From the NCBI GenBank assembly GCA_964385185.1, contig CAYLOA010000003.1, positions 1 to 64,000 on the forward strand: a stretch of 64,000 nucleotides of DNA, given 5' to 3'. The notes below the pieces were generated by a model. The model saw only the letters and a program-made list of their open reading frames with translations, ran no database searches and was not told the origin of the DNA. The DNA is from an uncultured Methanosarcinales archaeon. Its GTDB lineage: Archaea; Nanobdellota; Nanobdellia; Woesearchaeales; CALCXY01. How positions within the stretch are numbered: position 1 is the first letter of the stretch; every line of letters starts with the position of its first letter. Of this stretch, positions 31,224-42,100 are shown one piece after another. The position numbers were made by a program, and so were the translations under genes.

Positions 31224-34200
31224 TTAGTTTTGTAAATATTGCAGTCTTTTACTGTTACAGTCCCAATCTACTTTCCAGATAATGATTCTTTGTCCGAAGG
31301 ATGATCTTTGGTCTTCAAACTTTTCAAAGCAGGAAAGTCCATGTCCATCTTGGTAGTATAATTGAGTAAACATTCCACCGATTAATTCAGCATCCATGAA
31401 GAGTGTTTGATAAGAGGTTCCTTCACTATCAGTTGGGAAGACTGATACTCCTAAAGGTCTTCCATTTTGAAGAGGTACATAGTTATCAGGATATTCTTTA
31501 ATGACTGTTCCATCCTTTGTTGCAATAGATAATCTATATGGGTGTTGGATACCATTAACCGTCTCTACTTCGGCTTCATTCGTTTTTAAGTTAATCTTGA
31601 ATCCATTTACACATGTTAAGATATCTCCTTCTCTTGAGCATCCATTTAGTCCAGAAGCGTATGCAGGCCAAGGTGAGATCCAGTTGTTTGACCCTGTATT
31701 AGGATCCACTGTCTGGATTTCAGCATACATATTATTTGCATCTTCTTCTGTAAAGTCAAATTCATCCATTAAGTAGGCAACTCCTGTATCTCTTTCTGCT
31801 CCATAGAGTTGATTATACCAAGTAGCTCTATCAAAATCCCAAATTCCAAAGTGACTCCAGACTCCTGATTTTCCTATCATGTCGTCTGATGTGATAAAAT
31901 AATTCTCAGGAGGTTCACAATGTGTTAACTCTATTACTTCGTTTACTTTTTCATCGGATAATCCAGCTGCGCTGTATGTTTTCATGGCAGCAGCTTTATC
32001 TTGTTTCATGGATACACGTAAGAGGTTGATTGCTTTGTAGGTAGCACCTAATTTTTCTTCTAAGATGCCAACACTATTGTAACTGCCACAATCTAACATA
32101 CGTAATGTTCCTATGGCTAATTGTTCATCTCTGGTTAAGAGAGCATTCCCTACAAAATGGGCCATAGGTGTATTTTGAGTGGTACCATCAAACGTTGTGG
32201 GTCGTTGACCAATAGCTTTGAACCAGTGTCCAAAGTCCCACCATGAGTTAATAATTGCATCAGGTGAAGCTTCTTGGTGGATTTTGTCTAATGAGTTATA
32301 CCATGCATCATTCATTGATGGAATTTCATGATACGCTGTTTGATATCCTCTTTCACACATTCCGTATTTACAAAACGGTGGAATTGGTGCAATTCCAATT
32401 AATAAGAGTAAGACTATTACTAATAATGCTCCAGAGATCCAATGATTAATTTTGAATTCCTCTTGCATGTAGACAATTGTTTTTTTGTAAAAATGACCGA
32501 GTGCAACTCCAATTGCTATTGCAAACGGTGAGACTGCTAATAAGATCCATCTCACTCCTTTTGTTGAGGCGTAAATGGTGGCAAATAACCAGAGAGCTAA
32601 GATGATTGAATATTTTACATCGATACTTTCATCTTTCATCCAGAGTGCCCAGAGAAATTTGATAAATATCGGTAGGCCTAATCCTACAATAAAAATGGTT
32701 CTATCATAGAGGAAATAGTTTAACGTGACTATGTATACGATTGCTGAAATTATTAAGTAACTTGCTTCATGCCATTGTTTGTTTCTTTTTGACCATAAGG
32801 TGAGACTAATTCCCAGCATTGAGATTAAGATGAGTAATCTTCCTCCAAGTTGTCCTACAATTCCTCCAATATCTACTTGGTTTTGCTCTGCAACAGTTGT
32901 GAAGACATTGGGCCAAGCGGAAACAATTCCTACTGCTTTAATTTGGGTAAATCCAGCTGGTGAGTAAAATCCACCTACAAATGTAGGATAGTTTGTATAG
33001 AATGTGACAAAGATAGCTGATCCAAATAAGAACAGGAAGAATATTAATACTGTGTTGGTAACGGCAGGTGACATGATGAATTTTTTAATATCTCTTAATT
33101 CATTTCTGCTTGCTAACGTGTGATAGATTAAATAGCCAATAGTTGCAATCATCAAAAAGTCGAAGATATGCCACCAACCTGACCAAGCGTAGGAGTATAG
33201 TCCAACACAAAATGCTGCTAGTAATGTGAAAATGGTAAGTTTTTTCCTACTGTCTGATTCAAAGGCCATCAGAAATAGCCATGTGATTAATAATGGGAAG
33301 AGAACATTGTATCCATCTGTATCTGAGAATCCTGCTGTTGTTCTTGACATGACTGATGGGTGGATGGCTATAATTAATCCTGCCATTAATCCTCCAAAGT
33401 TTCCACCGAACTTTCTTGCTAGGAAGAAAGCTGGAAAGACTGCTAAGGATGTGATAATCATAGGAAGATAGAATGCTACTGTTAATAATGAGAGATCATT
33501 GTTGAATATTTTTAGGATTTTGTATGCAATAGCTGCTAATACTGCATGGAATTTATCAGGAGGAACTTCTCTTCCTAACGGTGCAAGCATGTGGTTATCA
33601 ATTTCTACACCGTCTTTTAATTCATCTCCTGCGTGGCCGTTTTCTACATAGTTTCTTGCATGTCGGTACCAGAACCAAGGATCTATTGCAATAAGATAGG
33701 TTTGTCCTGAATCATCCTGCAATCTTGATTTGAAGAATTCTGAGGTTGAGGCTATTTGTGCCTGATATTCTGCTTGATTATTCTTTTTGAAGTTTTCAAA
33801 CTCTTCTGCTACTAATATATCTTTATTTTGATCGGGAAGATTAGGATATTGTTGGTTAGCGTTATCTCTCATCTGTGATTGAAAGAATTGATCTACTGAG
33901 TCTGTTGCCCATTGATCTGTAATGGGAATTGATCCAGGTAATCCTCTTAAGAACATTGATAATAGGAATGGGATTAAGACTAATAGGAGTACATTGTATT
34001 TTTTGAGTAAGAATCCTGCTCGTTTCCAGTCTACTTGGACATCATCTTCATCTTTTTCTTCTGTTGAGGTTTTTTTTGCTTTCTTTGTTAATCCTTTAAT
34101 TTTTCCCCAGACTTCTTTGAAATCGATTTCAGATTCAACTTCATCTTCTATCTCTGATAATTGTGCTTCTTCCTCTTTTATTTTAGTGTTAATTTCTTTT

Positions 34201-34442
34201 GTTTCTTTGTCTACCTTTTCAGCATCTTTTTCTAACTTTTCTGCTTGAGCTTCAATGGTTTTTACTTCACGTTCTTCTTGTTTTAGTTCTTTATTATTAG
34301 GATCTAATTTTTCTTTAGCTAGAATTTTGTCTTCTACTTTTTTAGCATGAGCTTCTACATCCTTGACATCATCCTTCTTATTTCTACTAAAAAAGTTCTT
34401 TATTTTTGAGAAATCCAATTCTATGTCTTCTTCTTCAGGCAT
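31224..34442 (-). CDS. aglB: Oligosaccharyltransferase AglB/STT3 with long charged N-terminal extension
   Basis: IDPWFWYR, AGFSDTD, TVAEQ, SWWDFGHW, DGTTQN, DMIGK motifs. Confidence 0.95.
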   Translation of the reverse strand: MPEEEDIELDFSKIKNFFSRNKKDDVKDVEAHAKKVEDKILAKEKLDPNNKELKQEEREVKTIEAQAEKLEKDAEKVDKETKEINTKIKEEEAQLSEIEDEVESEIDFKEVWGKIKGLTKKAKKTSTEEKDEDDVQVDWKRAGFLLKKYNVLLLVLIPFLLSMFLRGLPGSIPITDQWATDSVDQFFQSQMRDNANQQYPNLPDQNKDILVAEEFENFKKNNQAEYQAQIASTSEFFKSRLQDDSGQTYLIAIDPWFWYRHARNYVENGHAGDELKDGVEIDNHMLAPLGREVPPDKFHAVLAAIAYKILKIFNNDLSLLTVAFYLPMIITSLAVFPAFFLARKFGGNFGGLMAGLIIAIHPSVMSRTTAGFSDTDGYNVLFPLLITWLFLMAFESDSRKKLTIFTLLAAFCVGLYSYAWSGWWHIFDFLMIATIGYLIYHTLASRNELRDIKKFIMSPAVTNTVLIFFLFLFGSAIFVTFYTNYPTFVGGFYSPAGFTQIKAVGIVSAWPNVFTTVAEQNQVDIGGIVGQLGGRLLILISMLGISLTLWSKRNKQWHEASYLIISAIVYIVTLNYFLYDRTIFIVGLGLPIFIKFLWALWMKDESIDVKYSIILALWLFATIYASTKGVRWILLAVSPFAIAIGVALGHFYKKTIVYMQEEFKINHWISGALLVIVLLLLIGIAPIPPFCKYGMCERGYQTAYHEIPSMNDAWYNSLDKIHQEASPDAIINSWWDFGHWFKAIGQRPTTFDGTTQNTPMAHFVGNALLTRDEQLAIGTLRMLDCGSYNSVGILEEKLGATYKAINLLRVSMKQDKAAAMKTYSAAGLSDEKVNEVIELTHCEPPENYFITSDDMIGKSGVWSHFGIWDFDRATWYNQLYGAERDTGVAYLMDEFDFTEEDANNMYAEIQTVDPNTGSNNWISPWPAYASGLNGCSREGDILTCVNGFKINLKTNEAEVETVNGIQHPYRLSIATKDGTVIKEYPDNYVPLQNGRPLGVSVFPTDSEGTSYQTLFMDAELIGGMFTQLYYQDGHGLSCFEKFEDQRSSFGQRIIIWKVDWDCNSKRLQYLQN

Positions 34443-34550
34443 TAGTGTATCACCAATAATTTCTTAGATAAGGAGGGATGTTATAAAGCTTATGGTTCTA
34501 TAGGATATATTTTATTTTTGGTATTTGTATTGGGGGCGTTTGAAATGGTG

Positions 34551-34670
34551 GAGGCACTCACAGTCTAGCGGAGCAAAGCACCGCAAGATCTCAAATTGCT
34601 GCGCAATGTTGAGACAAGCCGACTCTCGCAGTCTTTCGACTGCGAGCTGAGGGCTACGCTCTATAACCTC
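34551..34670 (-). other. GC-rich multi-hairpin intergenic element (possible ncRNA or REP/MITE-like element)
   Basis: Perfect 9-bp stem 34625-33/34638-46 with GAAA loop on the minus strand, plus TCTCAA/TTGAGA and GCGG/CCGC stems. Confidence 0.6.
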
Positions 34671-34682
34671 GATAATATTACA

Positions 34683-35720
34683 TTATCTCAAGTATTTCAG
34701 AAATTTTAGTAAAGATGGTTCATAATAGGGTATTTTGAAGATAAATCTGGATATTTTCTCTCTATTGTTTTCTTCTAAGAGTTTTTTGAGTTCTTCTTGT
34801 TTGAATAACACTACTAATTTATTCCAATCATGAGATTTGAAGTTATGGAGTGTTTTATGTACCCTGAGATGGAGATAGAGATCCAAGAAGAGCTTTTTTC
34901 TCCAAGCAAAATCATAGTTCTTGTTATTTGTTATACATTTGGTGAGTTGCTGGGCTGCAATCATCCCCTGAATAATACCTCCAGCTGTCGTTGCTTTCAC
35001 TTGGCCAGCTGCATCTCCTAATAGATAGGTATTATTTTGTTGAGTTTTCATGAAAGGATTAAAGATAGGGACCATTCCGCCATTTCTTTGTATAATGTCT
35101 GAACGTTTGATGTCTAATCTTTCAAAGAATTGTTGTAGGAGGGTATTACCATTATTATAGGCCAGTAATCCTACTAATGCTGTGTCTTTTGTTACTGGGC
35201 AGACCCAAGAAAATTCTCCTACTCCAGGATAGGTGTCTATAATATTGTCATTGTCATAGTTTACTAATACTTGTGGAGCTTCGAATAATGATAATTTCTT
35301 GAAGTTTCTAGCTCTTGCAACAGTGGAATAGGGTCCATCAGCTCCGATTAATTTAGTGTTTGGTGCTTGCATTGAAGGAGACCATTTTGTATTTGTTAGA
35401 AGTTTAGCTCCTGCTTTTACTGCTCTATGTGCCATCCATTGGACAAACTCTGTTCTTTTTATGACATAGTTTGGTTGTGAGAATTTTACAGTACAACATT
35501 GATTGTTGGGGGCGTGGATTCTTATTTTTTCAATCTCTGTATGGATTAATTTCTTAGGAAGTTTTATTATTTTATCAATATCTGAAGTGAGAATTCCTGT
35601 ACATTGATAGGGAGATCCAGGATTTTTATTTTTTTCATAAATAGTAACGTTTTGATGTTGTTTTGCCAATAATTCTGCAGCAAAACATCCTGCATGACCT
35701 GCTCCAACAATTGATATCAT
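34683..35720 (-). CDS. Geranylgeranyl reductase-family FAD oxidoreductase
   Basis: IVGAGHAG, QCTG, IGADG..S, GDAAGQVKATTAGGI. Confidence 0.85.
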   Translation of the reverse strand: MISIVGAGHAGCFAAELLAKQHQNVTIYEKNKNPGSPYQCTGILTSDIDKIIKLPKKLIHTEIEKIRIHAPNNQCCTVKFSQPNYVIKRTEFVQWMAHRAVKAGAKLLTNTKWSPSMQAPNTKLIGADGPYSTVARARNFKKLSLFEAPQVLVNYDNDNIIDTYPGVGEFSWVCPVTKDTALVGLLAYNNGNTLLQQFFERLDIKRSDIIQRNGGMVPIFNPFMKTQQNNTYLLGDAAGQVKATTAGGIIQGMIAAQQLTKCITNNKNYDFAWRKKLFLDLYLHLRVHKTLHNFKSHDWNKLVVLFKQEELKKLLEENNREKISRFIFKIPYYEPSLLKFLKYLR

Positions 35721-35908
35721 AGACGATGGAGGTCGTTGGTGTCTTAAATATCTTATGTATTATTTTCTTTTTGTCTCATGTTGGTGACTACTATATAGTT
35801 GCTTTGTCGTCTATATTTTTTAGTATTTTATAATAGTAACAACATAGAAAACTATTTAAAGTTTGAGTGATTCCACCAAATTATAAAAATATCCATGGGG
35901 GAATTATA

Positions 35909-37174
35909 ATGACAAAACTAACTAAAATTATTCAAAGTGCTTCCGCACTGGCTATTGCTGGAGGATTATTATTTTCTGGAGATGCGAATGCTCAGGCTGC
36001 AAAAAAGGCTGCACCAGTGCCTCCACCTGCTCCAACAGCACCTGCTCCTACTAAAAAACCTGGACCAGTTATTATTCCACAATCAGCAATTCAATATAAT
36101 CCTGTTACAACGCCAACTACTGGTGGAACAGGACCAACTCCAGGATGGAAACCAAATGCTGACGCAAGATCATTTTCTGATTTTAATGCTACAAGTTTTT
36201 TCCCAATCTATCGAGCAATTACAGGTAATGATAAGATTGGAACTGCAGAAGGTATGTTTGGTGCAACTGTTACTCATATCTTAGGACAAGATCTTAAGAC
36301 TGCTATCGCTCAATATGATTGGATGAGTGGTTTAAATAAAGTAAGAGATACAAAAGAAATGAAATTTGGAGAGCGAGTTAAATCTGTTTTAGCTGGAATC
36401 CAAACTACTCATTTAATAGATAAAATGGAAAATGCCTCTACAGCATTGGCATCATTACGAGCACATCAATCATATAATGCAACTGTAGGAAAAAATTACC
36501 AAGTTGGTATCAGTGCTACTAACGATTTAGGAGAGGCTCTTGTACGTGTCGCTGGACAAGTTGTTCATTTTGATTTTAAAAAGGGAGAAATAAATACAAA
36601 TGATAAAGCTCCGGACAAAATGGAAAGGACTAGTGGTAGAAAGGGTGCTGAACTGATTCCACATTACCATGCAAAGGCTTTTACAGAGGTTCAAGAAGAT
36701 TTAAAGAATGCTCCTACTGAAGCTGGACGACAAGGAATAATTCAATCCTATGTTAATACAGGAGAGGCACAATATGATCCAATATTTGCTGGTTTTATGA
36801 CTAAAGTTGGTGAATTTGGTAAACGTGCTAGTGTTGGAAGTAATACTTTGACACATCCATTGGAAACAAGTTTAGAAGCTCTATTTTATGCAGTACCTGC
36901 AGCTGCTGATGAGGCAATGCAAGGATTAGTAACTATCGAATCTCTTAGAAAAGGTCCTACTAGTTTTGATGGATATGCAATTCCTGCACTTAGACAGTTA
37001 GTTGGTACAGCTACAGGATCCACAGATGAGACAAAATTAGGATATACATCTGCATTGGATACATTGGTTGAAGAGCCAACTACTCAAGTAATCAAGGCTG
37101 TATTTGGTCAAAGATCCAATATGCAGGATTTGGCTACAAATGTGACTGGTTCAAAAGTACGATACCAAAAATAA
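35909..37174 (+). CDS. Hypothetical secreted protein with Pro/Thr-rich linker
   Basis: Signal peptide ending ANA-Q, PVPPPAPTAPAP linker; GGGGG RBS. Confidence 0.8.
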   Translation: MTKLTKIIQSASALAIAGGLLFSGDANAQAAKKAAPVPPPAPTAPAPTKKPGPVIIPQSAIQYNPVTTPTTGGTGPTPGWKPNADARSFSDFNATSFFPIYRAITGNDKIGTAEGMFGATVTHILGQDLKTAIAQYDWMSGLNKVRDTKEMKFGERVKSVLAGIQTTHLIDKMENASTALASLRAHQSYNATVGKNYQVGISATNDLGEALVRVAGQVVHFDFKKGEINTNDKAPDKMERTSGRKGAELIPHYHAKAFTEVQEDLKNAPTEAGRQGIIQSYVNTGEAQYDPIFAGFMTKVGEFGKRASVGSNTLTHPLETSLEALFYAVPAAADEAMQGLVTIESLRKGPTSFDGYAIPALRQLVGTATGSTDETKLGYTSALDTLVEEPTTQVIKAVFGQRSNMQDLATNVTGSKVRYQK

Positions 37175-37218
37175 ATTATTTTTTTCCTTTTTTTAATATA
37201 TTTAATTAGGTTTTATCC

Positions 37219-39135
37219 ATGAGCACACAACAGACGACTCCACAACTACAAAATGTCTATGCTACTATTCAGGAGCATTATGGACTAGAAGTTAGACAGC
37301 ATGGTTCTCGAATGTATGTCGGTGGATTAACTGCTGCAAATAAATCTGTAGCACAACAAAAGGTTGATGATGCAGGAATTGATCTTTCTCTTAATGTTTC
37401 AATTAGTAAAGCAAATGTTGCTAAATTGTATGAAGCAGCTGGAGGGAGTACCCTAGATGATGAAGTCAGTTCTTATCTAAGTGCTCCAACAAAGGTTCAA
37501 TCTGTAACTTCTCATGAGCATGTTGATCTATTATCTGAAACATTACATGATGTTGTTGCTCCAGATGTGCATGATGCATTACGTGATACGGGAATTACCT
37601 ACAATGGTAAAAATTTCTATCAAAAAGGTCGAAATGGATCTTTGAAACAAACTGAAGCTCTAGATATTATTGCAAGTACCATTGCAGGATATGAATCAGG
37701 ACCAATTGAAGAGTTTATTGAAGTTGAACCAGATTATTGCTTGGAAACGGCAGTTGATGGACCAGATGCATTTCCTCAAGAAGTTCAAACAGTTTCAAGA
37801 AGAGGTCGAACTGGAGCTATAGCAGCTATGACTGCAGCAACATTAGCTATTACTGTTGGAGCAGCTCACTATGGATCAAATATAGCACAAGCTGCAGGAT
37901 ATTTATTTTCTTCTCCACAAAGTAACTCACTGGTATATCATTCTCCTGGAGCGACAGGGTCAAAAGGAAAATCAGGTGCAAAAGGAAGTGGTATATTACA
38001 ACCTACTGCCATACCACCATCAGGGTCAATTTTAACTCCAACGCCACCGCCTAGTTCAAGTATTTTGCAACCAACTAAAACAGCTAAGAAAAGGAATCCT
38101 ATATATTCACCAACTAAGCGTAAGAAACATGCTAGCATTTTAACACCGACTCAAAAACCTAAAGTTGGAGGAGGAATCTATTCTCCGAATAAAGGGTCAA
38201 GTGGATTTGGAAATGTAGGTTCAGGTTTAGTGGATAAAGTAAAGGAAGCGGGTCGAGATGCAAATAAGTATAGAATAAATGTTATTGGGGAAAGTGGAGT
38301 TCCAGAGATTGATGGAGATGGAGTACATAGAGATCATGATGATAATACTGCAGATTACAAAGGAAGAAAACAAGCAAGTATTGATCAACTTGCACAGATT
38401 GTTCAGAATGACGCAGGCAATAAGGGATTGAAGAGAGTAGGTGCAGGAGTTGGTCATTTTGTTCGTGCTGCAACCAATGCTACTGCTGGGACTGCTAGTG
38501 ATATTGTTGGTGGTTCTATCAATAAAGTGTTTAATAGTACAGGTAATTGGGAGAGTTTCAAGCATGGAAGAACTCAAAGAGCTCGAGATAGTATGGCAGA
38601 AATTAAGAATCAAACTACATATAATGGCAGTCAAAAGAAATGGTATCATAAAGCAGTTGATAGAGTTTGGCAACCAGCTAAGGCAGGATACCATCATTCC
38701 ATAGGTAGGGTAGTAGATTTAGTATCTTTACCCGCAGAGAAATTAAAAATTGCAAAAAATAAAAAAGCTCAAGAAGTTATAGATTATACCTTACGTCTAC
38801 CACTTCACTTAGGAAAGAGAACATTAGGTGGAGGAGCCGATGGAAATAATAGTGCATCAGATATTTTGTTACCTCCTGATGTTTTAACAGGTATGGACAG
38901 AGATGGAAATGGCAAAGTGAGTGGTTCTGAAGTTGTTCGAAAGATTCCTTGGCTTCATCAATTATATACAGATCAGGATCGATCTTTTATTCAAAAGATG
39001 ATTGCAGAACCTCTAGCATTGGTAGGTTCAATTTTAGGATTTAATAAAATATCAGATGGAAAGGTTAGAAAGAGTCATGGTACAAACAATAATTCAACAA
39101 TAGGAAGAACTGGTGGCAAGGCATTTTTTGATTAA
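37219..39135 (+). CDS. Hypothetical protein with central TM, S/T-P repeats and EF-hand-like loop
   Basis: 638-aa ORF; AIAAMTAATLAITVGAA; repeated IL(Q/T)PT and IYSP; DRDGNGKVSGSE. Confidence 0.8.
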   Translation: MSTQQTTPQLQNVYATIQEHYGLEVRQHGSRMYVGGLTAANKSVAQQKVDDAGIDLSLNVSISKANVAKLYEAAGGSTLDDEVSSYLSAPTKVQSVTSHEHVDLLSETLHDVVAPDVHDALRDTGITYNGKNFYQKGRNGSLKQTEALDIIASTIAGYESGPIEEFIEVEPDYCLETAVDGPDAFPQEVQTVSRRGRTGAIAAMTAATLAITVGAAHYGSNIAQAAGYLFSSPQSNSLVYHSPGATGSKGKSGAKGSGILQPTAIPPSGSILTPTPPPSSSILQPTKTAKKRNPIYSPTKRKKHASILTPTQKPKVGGGIYSPNKGSSGFGNVGSGLVDKVKEAGRDANKYRINVIGESGVPEIDGDGVHRDHDDNTADYKGRKQASIDQLAQIVQNDAGNKGLKRVGAGVGHFVRAATNATAGTASDIVGGSINKVFNSTGNWESFKHGRTQRARDSMAEIKNQTTYNGSQKKWYHKAVDRVWQPAKAGYHHSIGRVVDLVSLPAEKLKIAKNKKAQEVIDYTLRLPLHLGKRTLGGGADGNNSASDILLPPDVLTGMDRDGNGKVSGSEVVRKIPWLHQLYTDQDRSFIQKMIAEPLALVGSILGFNKISDGKVRKSHGTNNNSTIGRTGGKAFFD

Positions 39136-39190
39136 TATTATTTCATTCATTTCATTGTGCAAAAAAGGGGTTGAATAATAAGGGTTTTGC

Positions 39191-42100
39191 ATGAAGAGAT
39201 TAGTATTACTATTAATGGGAGTATTGTTGTTACAAGTAGCTGTAGCCCAAGCTGCATTTCTAGAGCATAATACTTTTACAGATTTAGGATCAAATGCTCC
39301 TGTTACTAATGTAGAAGGTCTTTTGTATGCTTGTAATGATATTCAAGAATGTCGAACTGTCCAGAACGGAGTTGTTTTCAGCGGGAATTCTGGTTCTGGA
39401 AATCAGTTGACTATAGTCTATCCAGATACACCCCAAATTAACTATTATGGGGAGTACTTCTATCAAGCATGTCGGATTCCAATGGAATTCTTATCTTTTA
39501 GTTCAGGTTCTGGGGAAATTAGTTACACTACTCAATTTGAACAAGCTGCTGATTGCAGAAGTCCAGTAGATCTTAAAGTGACTAATACAGCATTTGTTAA
39601 TGAACCTGTACAAATTGGGATTGATGCTGATATTGCAACAAGAACTACATCTGCTTTTAGAGAAAATCAAATTGCACCTTTTTTTATTCCACCTAATCAT
39701 GAAGATCATTATTCTGCAGAAACTCAATTAGATGTTACTGTAAAGAATTCAGTTGGGACAACTGTTTTTTCTGATAGAGTAGACTTAAATTTATTCATGG
39801 ATACTCAGGCAAGTAATAACTTTCTCTGGATGCCATTAGTTGCAGGTACCTATACTATAGAGGCAAAAACTACGGTGACTGACTGTCAATGTAGCAATAA
39901 CATTCCACAAACAAGCAATAAAGTGATTACTGTTTTGCCAGCAAGGCCTTTGAATCAATGTTTCACTATCTTAAATGATCTTACTTCAGATAATCAATTT
40001 CCAGAAGAGGGAGAACAAGTGTTCTACACCGTAGAAAAGATTAGCAATTTTATGGATGCAGCAGGTGTTATTACACCTTTGGCATCTAATCTTGCTATAA
40101 ATGTAAGTAAAGATGGACAAGTTGTTCAAGAGATTAATCTTATCTTACCTGCTAATCCTGATGGAAATGCTAAGAAGTTTAGTTTTCCTATAACTTTTGC
40201 TCAGCCAGGTCAACATGGAATTCAAATAACTGGAATTGGGGCTTCTTGTCCAGGAGGGGCTAGTGCAAATATTCAAGATGTTATTAGTAAAGATGTTGTT
40301 GTAAATCCTGAGCCAAAACTTGATCTTTTTTTTACTGTTTTCGATGTAGCAGGAGGGACTGTTATTTCAGGTGCTACCGTTACTATTAGTAATGGTGTGA
40401 GTGGAGTTACAGGTGCTGATGGAAAACTAACACTACAAGATTTTTCACCCGGTCAGTTTACCTATACTATAACCCATCCTAACTTTGTAACGGTTCAAGA
40501 TGATTTTACAATTAGTTTAACAGATATTACTTTTAACATTCAAATGCAACAAGTAAATGCGATTCCTACTCTTTTACCCATCTCAGACCAGATGGCAAAA
40601 GTAGGAGTGCCTATTGTGCTTGATCTTGATGATTTTGCAAATGATATTGATGATACTCAAAGTTCACTTGTCTTTACGGCAACTCATGATACTTCAATAG
40701 TAAGTGTTCTTGATCCTAATACACATGTGTTAACACTTACTGCAACGAGTGAGACAAGTACCTTAGTTATTATTACCGTTACTGATCCACGAGGAGCAGT
40801 AGTTACCACAACTTTCACAGCAATGTTTGTTAGTTGTATGTCCAATTCAGATTGTCCTGTTGACGGAGTGGTAGGAAATGCTTTTTGCGATGTGAACGGA
40901 GATGCAGCAAATACTTTTAGAGATCATACTTGTAGTAATCCAGCAACTATGCAAGCAACGTGTACTTTTGTTGACACATCTCAAGTGATTGATGCTTGTG
41001 GCGTAGGTGAAGTGTGTGAAAATGCAGTTTGCCAGAGTGTCGCTTGTAGTCTTGAATCACAATGTGGGATAGATGGATTTATTACTATTGATGCTTGCGA
41101 TGCAAATGATGATGTCAGTAAAATATTTAGAGATTTTAGTTGTACCAATGCAGGTTCAGCAAATTCAACCTGTGGTTTTGTTGATACAAGAATTATATCA
41201 AGTGATTGTGGAGCAGGACAAACATGTGAAAATGCAGCTTGTGCTAATGTGGCTTGCAGTGTTCAAACGGATTGCGGTACGGATGGTTTTTTAGGAAATT
41301 CTTTTTGTGATACTGCTGGAGGGGTTAGCGATACTTTTAGAGATTTTACTTGTAATTTAGGGGGCTCTGCTAATAGTACTTGTTCAAGTACTGATACTAT
41401 TGTGCAAACTACTATTTGTTCCCCAGGATCTTTATGTGAAAATGGTGCTTGTCAGACAGTTACTTGTACAGTAGATTCCCAATGTGGGACTGATACTTTC
41501 TTAGGGAACGCTTTTTGTGGCACTTCAGGAAATGTTGAGGATACTTTTAGAAATTTTAGTTGTTCAAATTCTGGAACGGTCAATAGTACTTGTGGGTTTG
41601 TAGATTCTATAGAGACAGTACAAATTTGTGGTGCCACCACTCCCTGTTTTAATGGAAGTTGTCAGACTCTTGCTTGTATCGTAGAAGCGGATTGTGGTGT
41701 AGATGGATTCTTGGGTAATCCTGTGTGTGATATTAATGGAAATGCTGCTGATACTTTTCGAGATCATACTTGCTCCAATGGAGGAACTTTAAATGCAACT
41801 TGTAGCTTTACAGATGCATTATTGGTAAGCGATACCTGTACTACTACTGAGACTTGTATTGCAGGTGTCTGTACGGGGATTGCTTGTACTACTTCTGCAG
41901 ATTGTGGGACAATTGGTGTTGTAGGATCATTTTTCTGTCAAGGACGAAATAAAGTTCAGACATCAAGGAGTTTTAGTTGTAGTAATCCTGGAACCTTAGG
42001 GTCTGCCTGTTCATCCAGTGATTCCGTTGTACTTATAGAGGAATGTCGAAATGGTTGTAGTAATGGTGCATGTAATAATAAAGAAGTTGAAGGACTGAGA

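Noticed and set aside
34540..34670. 5S rRNA, tRNA or tmRNA identity for the 120-nt element
   Set aside because: Lacks the 5S CCGAAC loop and a TTCRA T-loop; the terminal CCACCA alone is insufficient
40829..42078. Cys-rich repeats as multiheme cytochrome or Fe-S protein
   Set aside because: No CxxCH or CxxCxxC motifs; secreted context favours disulfides
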